Assembly: GCA_023205875.1 (NCBI GenBank)
Contig: CP060759.1
Span: forward strand, 62,001 to 126,000
DNA from: Chloropicon primus
Taxonomy: Eukaryota
Direction of reading: 5' to 3'
Length of the DNA stretch: 64,000 nucleotides
The first letter of the stretch is position 1; each line of letters opens with the position of its first letter. Below, piece after piece: positions 28,720-41,287 of this stretch. Position numbers and translations under genes: made by a program. Under the pieces are notes generated by a model that saw only the letters and a program-made list of their open reading frames with translations, was not told the DNA's origin and made no database searches.

Positions 28720-29250
28720 CTTGTTCTTGTTCTTGTTCTTGCTCCTGTTCTTGTTTGTTGGAGGGAAGGGAAGGTTGAAGTCGTTGGGTTTGTGTTGTTG
28801 TTGTGTGTTGAGGAGGGTTTTCCTCTGGTCCTTGAGTCTCAGGTCGTTGTGGGAGCTCCGCCTTCGCCCTTTGCCACCCAACAAGACACGACCTTTGTCC
28901 CCTTTCTCTCTCAATCCAGGAGAAGGCACGATATCCTTTCCATCGACAAACCCTCTTGACGTCACGCACTCCAGAGAAGAGAAGAGGATGTGTGCGTGCG
29001 TTTGAGTGAAGAGGTTACCGGGGTGTCGGGGCTCGAGTCGAGAAGGATTAACGCTACCTCTTCCGCACTCGGACGTGTTGGAAAGAACGAAGGAAGTCTC
29101 CAATAAGATATCTTTCTTTCCAAAGCAAAGTGAAGCAAAGTGAAGAGAAGAGAAGAGAAAGAAGAGCACCAAGATACATCATTTCGCTTTCTCTTTCCTT
29201 TCCCAAAAAGAAAAGAAAAGAAAAGAGGTTGGGTTCGGTTGGGTCCTCCC

Positions 29251-29295
29251 TCCCGCCAATTTGATACTTTTCATTTTTTGTATTTCAAATTTGAA
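29251..29295. promoter_or_regulatory. E2F-like TCCCGCCAA and palindromic double CHR-like TTCAAATTTGAA in a divergent promoter
   Basis: Motifs lie in the AT-rich gap between the kinase and RPL3. Confidence 0.3.
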
Positions 29296-29440
29296 GTAGA
29301 AGCTTTTTCGGAAGCCTTATCCAGAACGCGGCGAACGAGGGCCAGAAGTGCAGCCAGGGGAGGAGGGTCTGTGTCTGTCTGTCTGCGGCGTTGGTGGTCT
29401 GTGGTCTGAAAGGGGAGGACAGAGAATAGGGACGGAGACG

Positions 29441-30341
29441 ATGGAGAGGACGATGGCGAGGAGTTTTGTGGGACGCGCGGTCGGAAGCGGAGGGGCGAGG
29501 GTTGGGGCGAGGAGGGCGCAACGCGGCCGCCTTCAGGTCCAAGCCAGGGCGATGGAGAGAGGGGTGGGGCTTATGGGGACCAAGGCGGGGATGACTTCCG
29601 TGTTCTCCGAAGACGGGAAGATGACGCCGGTCACCGTCATCGGGCTCAAGGACGGAGGGTGCTACGTCACGCAGATAAAAACCAAGGAGACGGACGGTAA
29701 GTCGGGGTGTTTGGGTTTCTTTCCTCCCTCTCATCTCTCTCTTTCATCTCTCTCGTCTCGTCTTGGCTTGTCTTGCCTTTCTTCCCCTCGGGGGCTGACC
29801 ACGAGAACGTTCATCTCTGCTCTGCTCTTGGCCTCGACCAGGGTACAACGCCGTGCAGGTGGGCTATGACGTGAAGCGCGAGACCCTTCTGACGAAGCCC
29901 GAGCTGGGTCACTTGAAGAAGAACGACTGCCCTCCGCTGAGGCACCTGACGGAGTTCAAGCTCGAGAGCATCCCAGAGGGTCTGGAGGTGGGCTCCGAGC
30001 TCGACCCCACGGAGATGTTCTCCGTTGGTGACAAGGTCGACGTCGCAGGAAGGAGCGTGGGCAAGGGATTCGCTGGCGGAATTAAGAGGCACGGTTTCTC
30101 GAGGGGCCTGATGTCCCACGGTAGCAAAAGCCACAGGGAGCACGGAACGACGGGTCCTGGATCTACCCCCTCCCGCGTTTACCCGGGGACCAAGCACCCC
30201 GGCCAGATGGGCGACAAGAGAGCAAAGGTGAAGAAGCTTGAGGTGATGCAGGTGGAGAAGGACATGATAGTTGTCAAGGGCTCCATCCCGGGGAAGCCAG
30301 GGAACATGATGACCATCACAAAGGCGAAAGGAAAGTGGTAG
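29441..30341 (+). CDS. RPL3: Plastid 50S ribosomal protein L3; exons 29441-29696, 29842-30341
   Basis: Transit-like N-terminus; [45 protein letters not shown]. Confidence 0.95.
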
Positions 30342-30509
30342 GCTGCTTTCGCTTTGCTCGTCCCTGCGCAGGAGTAGAGGAGAGAGAGAGAGCAAAAAAT
30401 TGGAGAATTTCATGTATGTAACAAACGAACGAAAAGGATATGATGTTTACTCCGTCCCAACACCGGCCCCTTCTGTTCTTCGATCTTGATCCCGAGCGGA
30501 CGCACGTCG

Positions 30510-31642
30510 TCAGTCCTGCTTCCTCGTGATGAGCTTGGTGCACGCCACGAAAACTCCGAGGAAGATGGAAACGACGATGCAATCCGTGCTGAAGCCACCA
30601 AAGTGGACGACCCGAAGCCCAAGCATACTTTGAGTCAGCACGAAGGAGAAGGAGGCGACTCCAACCATCAGGGCCACGGTGAAGTACGAGTAGGCCATCA
30701 TGCTAAGGTACTGCCCGAGCTTGATGTTGTAAAAGGGAATGTAAAGCTTCATTTCCGAGGGCGTCACCTCCACTGCGTTCGAGATGCTCGCACCGTAAGT
30801 CCTAGTGGTGTCAAGACGGGCCGCCGACGCACGAGTCAGGTTAGATTAGGGCACGAGAAAGGGCTGAGAGAAAAGATGTTGCGCCACGCGGGGGGGCTTC
30901 TCTCCCTGGTTGACGACGGCACTTACCTCTTCCATTCGGCTTTCCAAGTCTTGTTGATCTCATCGAAAAAGTCTTCAAAGTTGGAATAGTCGCCGGGTCG
31001 TATGACCTCGCTGAAACCCGAGATGCACTTGGTGCCGAAGCTCGCCCTCTGCATCTTTTGGGAGATGACATGCTCCTTGTTCGTCGTGATGACGATCTGG
31101 ACGGGCGTCCTCTCGGAGTACGCATAACGGAGCATGCCTCGCCGCAGGGGGAGAGACTCCGGTTTGATGTTCCGGGTGCCCTCTGGGTACACGACGATAC
31201 CCTGGCAAGGACTGCGCTGGATCTGACCGCTGATGAACTGGTTGAATTTCGTGAAGTCTCTCCCCTTGGTGTTTCTGCGGAAGAAGACCGCCGTCCTCGT
31301 GACCAGGCCGTAAAACCCAAAAACGGGGAAGGCGATGAGAACCATGAGCCTGCTAAGAAAGCAGGCACGACCCTCCACCACATACAGATCGATGAAGAAG
31401 TCGCCCCAGTCCCGGTGGTTGCACAGCCAGATGCAACTTCCATCTCGGTAGCACCCTTGCTCCCCGATGCGATACGTGCGCACTTTGAAGAAACCAAGCA
31501 GGAAGGCGGTCCAGAAGAATATGTCATTCCTAGCTTTGTACGACAGGCTCCAATCCGTGCCAAAAGCCACGGTCAGCGGAAAGCTCCAGTAAAAGATAAG
31601 CATCGCGAACAAGAAAGACATCTTGTCCTTGATCGCTTTCAT
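30510..31642 (-). CDS. 1-acylglycerol-3-phosphate acyltransferase (PlsC/LPAAT-like); exons 31642-30927, 30801-30510
   Basis: NHRDWGD (NHxxxxD), VFFRR, YPEGTRN motifs; C-terminal hydrophobic segments. Confidence 0.85.
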
Positions 31643-31834
31643 TTTGACTCCCGCACACCAGCCCCCACCAACAACCGTGATACTCTCTGGATACTCGAGA
31701 CTCCCTGGATCACCCCCCCACCACTGCGTTCTACACGGTGTCCAAGGCTTTGACTCCGCACTCCGTTGTGTTCAGGTACAAGTCCAGGTGTTTTCTGGTG
31801 CTCCTGACCCCCTGATTGTGCACTCCAGTCTCCA

Positions 31835-31872
31835 GCCTCCTGGCCTCCTGGCCTCCTGGCCTCCTGGCCTCC
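31835..31872. repeat. 8-bp tandem repeat (GCCTCCTG)n
   Basis: About 4.7 perfect units. Confidence 0.9.
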
Positions 31873-32175
31873 TTGCTCTTCCCCGGACCCAAACTTCCAG
31901 TCTAGTGGAATCTTTGCCTCGGCCAAAGCGGAACTCTTAAGCCCAACCCCAAGTCAAGGACAGTCTGTTGTCAGGAAGGGTACGGCAAGGCCAGGGGCAA
32001 GATACGGGTGAGGCAAGGATCGCTTTCTTGCTCTTTCGAAAGAGCCTGGCCTTGCTCGAAACAAGCAAACGCGCTCGCTTTGCTTTGGTGAGGCAAAGAG
32101 GTTGCAGACACACAATCACAGTTTCAGGCGAGGAGGAGTAACGGAAGTACTAGAAACGAATCGTGGAGAGGAAAG

Positions 32176-32895
32176 ATGAGAGCTTTGAATGTCTTGCTCA
32201 TGCACATCGCGGTTGTGAGCCTTGCCATTGCACTGGTGGGTGCGGAAGCCGACCGGATTGGAGACGGAGAGGTTGGGTTCCAGTTGCTCGGTGTGGCGGT
32301 GTGTGATTACAAATCGGCTTCCTGCAACGTGGGAACGGACAACGCGGGGGCATTGAATTGCATGAACGAAGGATATCACTCGGTGTGCATACCAGCGGCC
32401 AGCGATTTGGGTTTTCAGGTAGGTCGCCACGACCCGGTTCCCCCCGATACAAACGTCGACACAGCCCTCAACAACAGTAACTTGATGTTGAAGAACGTGT
32501 TGAAGGGCATGGCGCAGAAGACGAGTTGGTTGGCCTTCACGCTTGCTAGCACGGGCGGGCAATATGGAATTCAAGACTGCACGGACGCCGTGAAAATGAA
32601 TACACCGGAGTGCGCTGCTTGCGGGCTTGACGGGTGCACACTCATCATGATTACCTTGGACAAGGTAGTCTTTGGCGATTTGGAGTATAGAGCATACAAG
32701 CTCCTGCCCGACGGCAGCTTGCCGCAGCCTCCTCCGGAGCCATTCTATCAGACAACGGGAAACAGCGTTATTCCCACCAACTCGGAGGCGTATGTGCAAG
32801 TGATGGCAACAAACAAGGGCCAGTGGGTGAGGTATCCGGACGACAAAGTTCAAGGAGTGGCTCGGTTCGGCGCGCCAATTCTTCCACCATTTTGA
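32176..32895 (+). CDS. Secreted Cys-containing protein of unknown function
   Basis: 239-aa ATG ORF, signal-peptide-like MRALNVLLMHIAVVSLAIALVGA, 8 Cys, fills the gap between genes. Confidence 0.7.
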   Translation: MRALNVLLMHIAVVSLAIALVGAEADRIGDGEVGFQLLGVAVCDYKSASCNVGTDNAGALNCMNEGYHSVCIPAASDLGFQVGRHDPVPPDTNVDTALNNSNLMLKNVLKGMAQKTSWLAFTLASTGGQYGIQDCTDAVKMNTPECAACGLDGCTLIMITLDKVVFGDLEYRAYKLLPDGSLPQPPPEPFYQTTGNSVIPTNSEAYVQVMATNKGQWVRYPDDKVQGVARFGAPILPPF

Positions 32896-32955
32896 GTTCT
32901 GACTGCTAATAATAACAGTAACATCAAGAAACAATGGATTGCAATTATGGCAAAA

Positions 32956-34810
32956 TCACTCCAAATCGCTCCCGACACTCAGGCCGTACTTCCTGCTTGC
33001 GCCTTCCTTCTCGTGCTCTGGTAATCTCTCCCACTTGACGACGCTGCCGTCCCACCCCACCGATGCCAGAAGCGGCTGAGTGGGGTGCCAGTCGCAATCT
33101 CGCATGACTGACCTGTGAAACCTGAACACCGCAACTTTCTTCTCTGTAATAATATCGTACACAAACAAGCTACCGCACTGAGAACCACTGAAGATGTACC
33201 TCTGGCCCGTGGTCTCGGCGGGGGACCAGCGGCACCTGATCAGAGTTTGCAAGACCCGGTGTCCCGTGAAGGTAGAGATGGACCTGTCGTTGGGGTGCTT
33301 GACCTTGTCTGGGTTCCCCGGATAGGGCTGCCACCTGTAGTCCCAGTAAAAGCGCGGGGTCCTCCCCTTCTTCATCTGAGAACCCGATGTGCACATCGCC
33401 CTAATGTCCCAAAGCTTGCACTTCTGGTCCTTGCCGTTCGATATGAAATACCGTCCGTCGCCCTTTGGCGACATGTAGGTCAGGCCCTCCGTGTGCCCAG
33501 GGAGGATGCCTTGGGCTCTGCTCAGCCCGTCCCCTGACTCACCGCACCTACGGTCCCACACCTTGATCATGCAATCGTCGCTGCCAGAGAGATAAACCTG
33601 ATCGTTGTCATCAGCAAAACACACCGTGTTCACGTCATCCTTGTGAGCATGCGCCTTTGAGATCGTCCGTTGGGCCTCCACGTCGTAAAGGTACGTGGCG
33701 TAGTCGCTGCTTCCGGCTAAAATATACCTCCCGTCGCTGCTGAAGTTGATGGCCCAAAGTCCATAAGACCCGTCCGAGAAACCTTCGCCAAAATCCAGCG
33801 GCGTATGCAAGTCCGTGATGTTTTGGATCGACCTTTGTGGTGTTTTGGAACGACGGCGACGAGTGATGCGCGCCACAAGAGACGATCGGAGGTGTTCCAA
33901 GTCAGCGACGAGGGCGGAGCCGGAGCAAAAGGGAGAGAATTACTACTCACATGACGTCGTCCGTCGCGTTGGTGTTGACGGCGTGGAGCACAGAGGAAAT
34001 CGTCGCGTACACCAGCAGCTGCTGGTTTGGGCTCATGCAAGTGTCGGTGATGGTCCAGTTCAGACTTCTCGCCACGATTTCCTTCCTCAGCTTCCAAGGT
34101 TGGTGCGCGTGATTCACTTCGTAAAGCCTGATGGTTTGGTTCTGAAATCCAGCGATGAAGACGTCGCCGTTCTCCGCAAAGTGGCCGATATACGCCCTCG
34201 AGTGCCCCAGGTCAATCACCTCGGGCTCCCCGTGGGGCAGCACCCTGTTTTGCAATCGAGCAGGTCGAGATTGACCAATGCAAGCGCTGTCAGGTTGAGA
34301 GGCAAGGCCACAAGAAAATACTGCCTTTTGTGCAACTTACCTGGACGAGACTCTGGTTCGCTTTGACGGTGACCAGTGCCCCATAGACTCCCTCCTTCGA
34401 ATCATGCTGGCCAAGTGGTCCTCCATGTCGCCCCTCCACCCCACATTGGCCTGAAGGATGCTCTTCAGTCTATCGAGGGACTCCACACGAGCCTTGTCCT
34501 TCGTATCGTCTTCTTCCCCCTCCCCTGACTCTTGTGCAGCACGAGGCTCACTCCCGCTGCTGCTCAGCCCAGCAAGCCTCGCGCTCCTCCTGCTCCTGGT
34601 GTTCCCACTCGGCCCCCCCAGGCCCTCCTCCTCCTCCTCCTCCTCGTACTCCTCCTCCTCGTACTCCACGTCACTCGAGTCCACGTCACTCGAGTCCTCG
34701 AACCTTTCTTCCAAGTCGTCAAAGTACTCTTCTTCCTCCACGTCAAACTCCACGTCCCTCTCCTCCGAAGCCGAAGCCTGCGATTGCGAAGCGCCTTGCC
34801 CCGCCACCAT
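32956..34810 (-). CDS. DCAF11: WD40 protein DCAF11/LEC14B; exons 34810-34341, 34244-33951, 33832-32956
   Basis: AHKDDVNTVCFAD, SGSDD..KVWDRR, GHTEGLT, DGRYFISNGKDQ..LWDIR, WDYRW, GHRVLQTLIRC, TGQRYI. The splice junctions keep frame. Confidence 0.92.
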
Positions 34811-35272
34811 CTTCCCTCCTCCCTCCCACACAACCCCTTCCCCTGCCCCACACACTGGCACTGGCACCCACCTCACCTCCTCCACTGGCGCCACACTCTG
34901 CGCTCTCTCGTCTGTCGCTGTCGGTTCCTCGAGCTCGAGGAGGAAGAGCAAGAGGAAGAGGAGGACGGAAGCGAAGCGAGGAGGGAGAGGGACCGAACAC
35001 CAGCACCCTCCGACCTTGGATCGACACAAGCACACTTCCGTTGTCGTTGTCGTTGTCGTTGTCGTTTCTCGTTTTTGCTCCAAACGGGAACGGGTTGGAG
35101 GAGCGAGGGGCAGTGAAGCGACGACGCGACGAGGGTTTGAACGACGGTGGGGGAGGTCTGCGTCTGGGCCTCTTCATACGACGGGCGTTCGCTTGCTTGG
35201 GTGGGGGACCACGAACGTGCACGAACGCGCACTGGACAGGGAGAAAACATCACCACCACCTCCGAGGAGAGG

Positions 35273-36019
35273 ATGAGTCGTTTCAAGTTCTATACCCACA
35301 CGTTGTGTCCGTACGCTGCGCGGGTTGGACTGACGTTGCGTGAGAAGGGTTGCGCTTTCGAAATGGTTCACGTGGACCTGAGCAACAAGCCGCCTTGGTT
35401 CAGGCAAGTCAACCCTCGTGGGCTTGTGCCAGCTCTGGAGGTCCCGGGGGGAACGATACTTGTCGAGAGCTTGGCGATCTGCAAGTGGGTCGACGAGAAC
35501 GTGGGTGGCGTGGATCTCATGCCTGCTGAGGAAGAGCCTGGTGGCGGAATGCGCCGTCAAGAGGCTTTGGACTTTGTGGATAACGTGGCGGACAGGATCG
35601 TGTCGAGCGGCCTGGCTGCGGTCGCTGGTTCCGGGCGCTCCTGGGGAATTGGAGCAAAGCCCGAAGTGAGCCGGATGGAGGAAGACTTGGGCAGGTTGGA
35701 GAGGATGCTGTCCGCGACCAAGGGGCCGTTCCTCGCCGGGAGCTTCCTCACGCTCTGCGATTTGGCCGTCTTTCCGTTCCTGGAGAGGTTTGACGTTGCC
35801 CTCAAGGTCAACGGGAGCGGGGAGAGGGACAGCATCAGGGGGGTGAACGAGAGGGTCGGACAGTGGATGGACGAAATGGCGAAGCGACCCAGCTGCGTTT
35901 GGGCGGCGGCGAACGAGTCCCTGCTCTTGGAGGCCTACAGGGAGCACGGCTGTCTGGATTTCTTCGACTACACGACGTACGAAGAATCCGATCTGCACCC
36001 GCACTGGCAACGAGACTGA
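35273..36019 (+). CDS. Glutathione S-transferase, Cys-type (omega/lambda/DHAR-like)
   Basis: CPYAARV active site, KPPWF..NPRGLVPAL, ESLAI, GPFLAG..TLCDLAVFPFLERF. Confidence 0.9.
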   Translation: MSRFKFYTHTLCPYAARVGLTLREKGCAFEMVHVDLSNKPPWFRQVNPRGLVPALEVPGGTILVESLAICKWVDENVGGVDLMPAEEEPGGGMRRQEALDFVDNVADRIVSSGLAAVAGSGRSWGIGAKPEVSRMEEDLGRLERMLSATKGPFLAGSFLTLCDLAVFPFLERFDVALKVNGSGERDSIRGVNERVGQWMDEMAKRPSCVWAAANESLLLEAYREHGCLDFFDYTTYEESDLHPHWQRD

Positions 36020-36090
36020 GAAGAAGAAAAAAAGTATTACAACATTCGTCGTCGTCGTCGTCTCTCTCTCGGTGGTTTCGTTTTATCCTT

Positions 36091-37437
36091 TCACTTCACC
36101 TTCTTCGGCCGACCCCTTGGTCTTCCAGTCTTTTTTCCAGCGCTAGCGCTGGCCCTCCCCGTCGACTTTGTCTCCTTCAAAAAGTTCTTCAAAAACTGTT
36201 TGTACTCGTCCTCGCTGCACTTGGCAATGGACGTCGCGAAGACGGCGTCCTTGACCAGGAGCCACCTCCTCCTCTTGAAGTCTTTGAAGTAATCGAACAG
36301 GCCCTTCTGCACCAAGAACTGGTGCCTGCCCAGGATCCTGCCCTTGAGAGACAAGGACAACACCTGGGGGCTCATGCTAAGGTCGTGGACCGACCAGCCC
36401 AGCGTTCGCAAAAAATAAGAGAACTTTGCCATCAGATTCCTCTCCAGGGACATGGAGAAGACCTGAGGCAGCCTGCTTATGAGCACGACCCTCTCGTTCT
36501 TCGTGATCCCCAGCTTGGTGAAGAAGTAAATGATCTTCTTCATGGACTTCCTGTTGTACCGCAGGAGGGAAGGGTGCTTCACGAGCACCAGCTGCAGGCT
36601 CGGGGCGTCGAAGCCAATCTCGAGAAGGAAGAGGGCATTCTCCTCCATGGAGGAGATCGACCGGTTCATGATTGCGGGGTCCTTCACCAGGAGAGCCGGG
36701 TGCATCGCTTTCGGAATGCCCAGCTGCTCCAGGAACTGGAACCTCGGCTCCATGCTCTTGGTCACGTCGAGCCGGAAAAACTGGGGGGACTTCTTGAACA
36801 CCTTCGTGAGCTGCTGCTTGTCCACGCCCCTCCTCGCCAGGTACTGGACCCTCTTCGCGGTCGTCGTCTCCGGCGAGCACTGGAGGATCCTCGGGTCCCT
36901 CGTCAGCGCCTTTCCCAGCTCCTTGCCCGTCAGGTCAAAGCACTCGTTGTACCAACTCAATCTCTCCCTTAGTATGTCCTCCGGAATCTTCAGCACCTTG
37001 CCCCTGCTGTCGTTGCTCACCAGCTGACTCTTCGTGAGCTTCACCAGCTCGGGGACCTCCACCCCGAAGCTCGCGAAGCAGCCCAGCTGCGGGAGCAAGT
37101 AGTCGGGTATCGACTGGCCGACCTCCTTCTCGATGTTGGTCCTGATTTTGTTGTCGAACAGCGGGGTCAAGTAAGACACCTCGGACGTCAGGTGGACGTC
37201 CTCCTCCATGGAGTCGGCCAGCAAGTCGACCCCAGTCTCAGCCTCGGTCCGCTGCGCCGCAAGCGTCCTGGGAAACCCCCTCTCCCCACTCCGCTTGTTT
37301 CTCTTGTGCATTTCGGCGCCGAAGCGCTGCCCCTTGCAGCACACCGCGCACGACCCCCTCGGCGGCATGCGAAGCCCTGCTCCTCGCCACACGATCCTCC
37401 GCCGCGCAGCCCCCTCGCCACACCTCGCCACTCTCAT
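36091..37437 (-). CDS. mTERF-family organellar nucleic-acid-binding protein
   Basis: Basic transit-like N-terminus, repeated mTERF units (DPRIL, SPQFF, HPSLL, LPQVFSMSLE, PQVLSLSL..RI..RH). Confidence 0.88.
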   Translation of the reverse strand: MRVARCGEGAARRRIVWRGAGLRMPPRGSCAVCCKGQRFGAEMHKRNKRSGERGFPRTLAAQRTEAETGVDLLADSMEEDVHLTSEVSYLTPLFDNKIRTNIEKEVGQSIPDYLLPQLGCFASFGVEVPELVKLTKSQLVSNDSRGKVLKIPEDILRERLSWYNECFDLTGKELGKALTRDPRILQCSPETTTAKRVQYLARRGVDKQQLTKVFKKSPQFFRLDVTKSMEPRFQFLEQLGIPKAMHPALLVKDPAIMNRSISSMEENALFLLEIGFDAPSLQLVLVKHPSLLRYNRKSMKKIIYFFTKLGITKNERVVLISRLPQVFSMSLERNLMAKFSYFLRTLGWSVHDLSMSPQVLSLSLKGRILGRHQFLVQKGLFDYFKDFKRRRWLLVKDAVFATSIAKCSEDEYKQFLKNFLKETKSTGRASASAGKKTGRPRGRPKKVK

Positions 37438-38171
37438 GCAACCACCAAAGTCCGTCCGTCTTGCCTCCCGATTCCAAATCACTTACACCATCGCCAACCT
37501 CGCCAAAGGGTGCGTCCTCTCGCTCTCTCGTTCGCTCCCAAGAATCAAGGAACAGGTCGACGGCGTCTGTGCCAAAGGTTTCGTGCGCTCCGTGTCCTCA
37601 CCCTTCGCCTCGGTGCGAGACCAGCACCAACTCGTCCCTCCTCGCCATCGGCTCTGGCCTCTCCCCCGCACGTGAGATTCTCGGCGCTTGCTGGCCACGA
37701 GAGATGAGTGAGGAGGAGGGGAGGACATGAGGAACGAGGACATGGAGGAGGGAGGGTGTTGTGGGCCAAGCAATGCCGTGGTGCTTCTCACTTCACGTGG
37801 TGGTGGTGCTGGTGGTGGACCAAGCAAGGGGATCCACTCCAGCAGCTCACCCGGTTCGTTCCAGGGGAGGCGGAGGAGGTGGAGGAGGGTGGGCGAGCAG
37901 CAGCTTCCTCTCTCCGTCTCTCGGAGTCTGAGGAGATAAAACGGAAGGGGTCGCTCGTCCACTGCATTCGGTTCTCTGGGTCTTTCGCGCTTGTCTCGGT
38001 ACGACGGACCTAGAAATGAATTATATAGGATTTAGAGCTAAGTGTGTCTGCGTTGGAAGAACCACCGACGACGAACGACGACGCCGTCGCGGGACGAACG
38101 TGCCTCGCAGAAATTTGTGCGACTTCGCTTCCTTGACCCGGACCCTTAATCGCGTTTCCCGAGAGTCGCGA

Positions 38172-38873
38172 TCACTTCTGGAACACGCTCTTCTTGTCTC
38201 CGATGGCTTCGCTGATGAATCCGCCCTTGGGGTTGCCTGCCCTAGCGCTGGAGAAGTTCTCCGCGTATCCGTTGAACCTCTTCGACCTCAGCCTTGGGCT
38301 GAGCTGAGGCTCCCGAACGGTGTACTCCCAGCCCTTGCTGTCGGCGAATCGCATCGCGGACTCCTGCGCGCGCGCGGGGAACGACGAAGACGTCAGTCAG
38401 TGACTACCTCCAAAAAACCTCGGCGAGGGGTTCGGGCTCCTTTCTCGCCCACTGGCCACGGGGAGCATCCTGCCGCCCGGTTCTCGCATGCACCACGACA
38501 TCCCACCACCACCACTTACCTTGGAGTCGAAGGCGAGGGTCATCCTACCGAGGTTCTCGCGAGGGTCCGCCGTGGAGGTCCACCCCATAAGCGGGTTCTC
38601 CCACTTTCCCTCCGTCTCGAACTCGATGCGCCACATCGAGTTCCCTTTGGCGAAGATGGTGTTCCCCATTCCCTGCTGCGAGGCTGAGCGCGCAGGCGTG
38701 TAAATGGTGCAATGCGCAGGCGAAGACTCTCCTTCCTCGAGGGAGTACGCCTCCTTCTTGGTGCTAAACCTCGCGGCCGCCACCCCACCTCCGCATAGCG
38801 CAGGACTCACCCCCACCAACTCGATACACTGCACCGCCACGACGATCCAAGCCACACCAACGACCCAAGCCAT
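38172..38873 (-). CDS. NDUFS4: Complex I subunit NDUFS4 (intron 38519-38364; 5' end uncertain)
   Basis: IYTPARSASQQG, WRIEFE..KWENPLMGWTSTADP, LAFDSK|ESAMRFA..GWEY, YAENF. Confidence 0.9.
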
Positions 38874-39472
38874 TCGTTCCAACACAACAACAACGTCACT
38901 CCGTCACGTCAGGTCATAGGGTTTGAATGCCATGAACCACACCCCACGGAGAAAAAGAGAGCGAGAGAGAGCGAGAGAGAGCGAGAGAGAGAGGGAAGGG
39001 AGAGGGAATGTATGTTTTCATGGTCCGTGCTCTCCTCCCCTGGGCTCCTCTTCGTGCAAGCCCGTGGGACACGACACGACCACGACCACGACCCTTACCT
39101 TGCGCAGGCGCAGCATCGTCCTTCCGTGTCTGGCCTCGCCCGGGGTCCTTCCATCGGTGTAAACACTTTGTTCTACAATAGACGTGACTTTTCCCTGGTG
39201 GTCGTGCGTACACTCCTTCTTACGAGGGGAGAGATGAGGAAAAAAAGGAAAAAGGAAAAGGTCAGGGTGACGAGGGGACTGGGGAGGGACGGAGAGGGGG
39301 TTGTTTGGGGTGACGGGAAGGGTCAAGGGGAGGGGAAAGAGAGAACGGGAGGTCCAGAAAACGAAAGTACACTTCACGGTCTTTTGATTGGATACCTCAT
39401 TGGTAGGATTTGGGGCCAGGTGTGGGGAGAGGGAGAGGACGAGGACTGCTCGAGGAGTGCTGGAGGTTCGTG

Positions 39473-41161
39473 ATGGAGTCTGGAAGGATGAAGGCGAGTG
39501 ACGCGACCCAGAGGAGGGTGACGGCGGCGAAGAAGTACATCGAGGAGATGTACAAGAACCAGGCGCAAGCCCTGAGGGATAGGAGGAAGAGGAGGAGTTT
39601 GCTCGAGCAGGAGCTCGCGCAACAGACGAGCCTGCCCACGCAGGTAAGACGAGGACGAGGACGAGGACGAAAGGCTCTCTCTCTCTCGGTCGCTCGCTCT
39701 TCCGAGGAGGGGAGGGGCTCGCGACCTGCTTCGGCTCGCTCCACGGGAGGGAGAGGGCCCCGCAGACGGGAGTGGGGCGGGGGTCGCGACCGAGGCGAAT
39801 GTCCACGTAGGATTGGGGACGCGGGTCTTGAGACTCCCTTTTTCGGCAGCAGGAAAGACGTCTGACTTCTGTTGCCACTTGTTTGTGTCCGCTTGTTTTT
39901 TTCTTTTTTTGCGCTCCCTCTCTCTCGCGCGCGTGACTCGCAGGCCAAGGAGGAGAGGATGAAGGACCTCGCCCGGAAGGAGACGGAGTACGCGCGCCTC
40001 ATGAGGCAGAGGCACTGCGCGGACGACTTTGAGCCCCTGGCCATCATTGGGCGCGGGGCGTTCGGGGAGGTCAGGATCGTCAGGGAGAAGGCCACGGGGG
40101 AGATCCAAGCAATGAAGAAGCTGAAGAAGAGCGAGATGCTCCGGAGGGGTCAAGTCGAGCACGTCAAGGCCGAGAGAAACGTCTTGGTGGAGGTCAGCTC
40201 GCCTTACGTCATGAAGCTCTACTACTCTTTCCAGGATGAGGACTTTCTTTATCTCGTCACCGAGTACCTCCCGGGGGGCGACATGATGACCCTGCTGATG
40301 CGGCGGGACACGCTGACGGAGCGGGAGACCCAGTTCTACATCGCCGAGACCGTTCTGGCTCTGGAGAGCATCCACAAGCACGGGTACATTCACAGGGACA
40401 TCAAGCCGGACAACTTGCTTCTGGACAAGTTCGGCCACATGAAGCTTGCGGACTTCGGCCTCTGCAAGTCAGTCCAGCAGGCGGCGGTGACTTCCTTTCA
40501 CGAGCTGGCGAACATCCCGGAGAGCCCGACGGACTTGGAGAGCCAGATGAGCTCCAGCCCGGGGTTAATGGGGAAGGAAAGAATGATGATGTGGCAGAAG
40601 AACAGGAGGAAGCTGGCTTTCAGCACCGTGGGCACGCCGGACTACATCGCGCCGGAGGTCCTCTTGAAGAAGGGTTATGGCCTGGAGTGCGATTGGTGGA
40701 GCGTGGGGGCGATCATGTTCGAAATGATGGTGGGTTACCCGCCCTTCTACTCGGAGGACCCCATGACGACGTGCAAGAAGATCGTCAACTGGAAGCACTA
40801 CCTGCGGATACCAGAGGAGTCGAAGCTGTCCAACGCGGCGAGGGACTTCATCTTGGGGCTGATGTGCGGGGTGAACGACAGGCTTGGCACCAGGGGAGGC
40901 GTGAACGAGATCAAGGCCCACCCCTTCTTCAGGGGAATCGATTGGTCTACCTTGTACTCCAAGGCAGCGGCGTATCAGCCGACGGTTCTGCACGACTTGG
41001 ACACGAGCAACTTTGAGAAGTTCGAGGAGGATGAGAACATGAACACGCCGAACAGGAGGTCTTCCCGCATTGACATAGCGCAAGATGTGAACTTTGTGGG
41101 CTACAACTACAAGGACTTTGAGGCCATCCCATCCATCTCGAGAACCAGGAGCAACACTTGA
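39473..41161 (+). CDS. NDR/LATS-family AGC kinase; exons 39473-39643, 39944-41161
   Basis: [63 protein letters not shown]. Confidence 0.95.
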
Positions 41162-41287
41162 ATGAATCGATAAACTATATATATATCTGTTTTCGTTTAT
41201 ATTCTTTTAGCTTGGGCGGTGAACCCTCCTGCTGCTACGAGAAGTGGGATGCGCACCACACGAGCCTCCTTCCGGCTCGTGGTCCCG

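Noticed and set aside
28720..29172. N-terminal extension of the histidine kinase in the ORF track
   Set aside because: It begins at a non-ATG codon and runs through microsatellite-like UTR sequence; the first ATG is at 28719.
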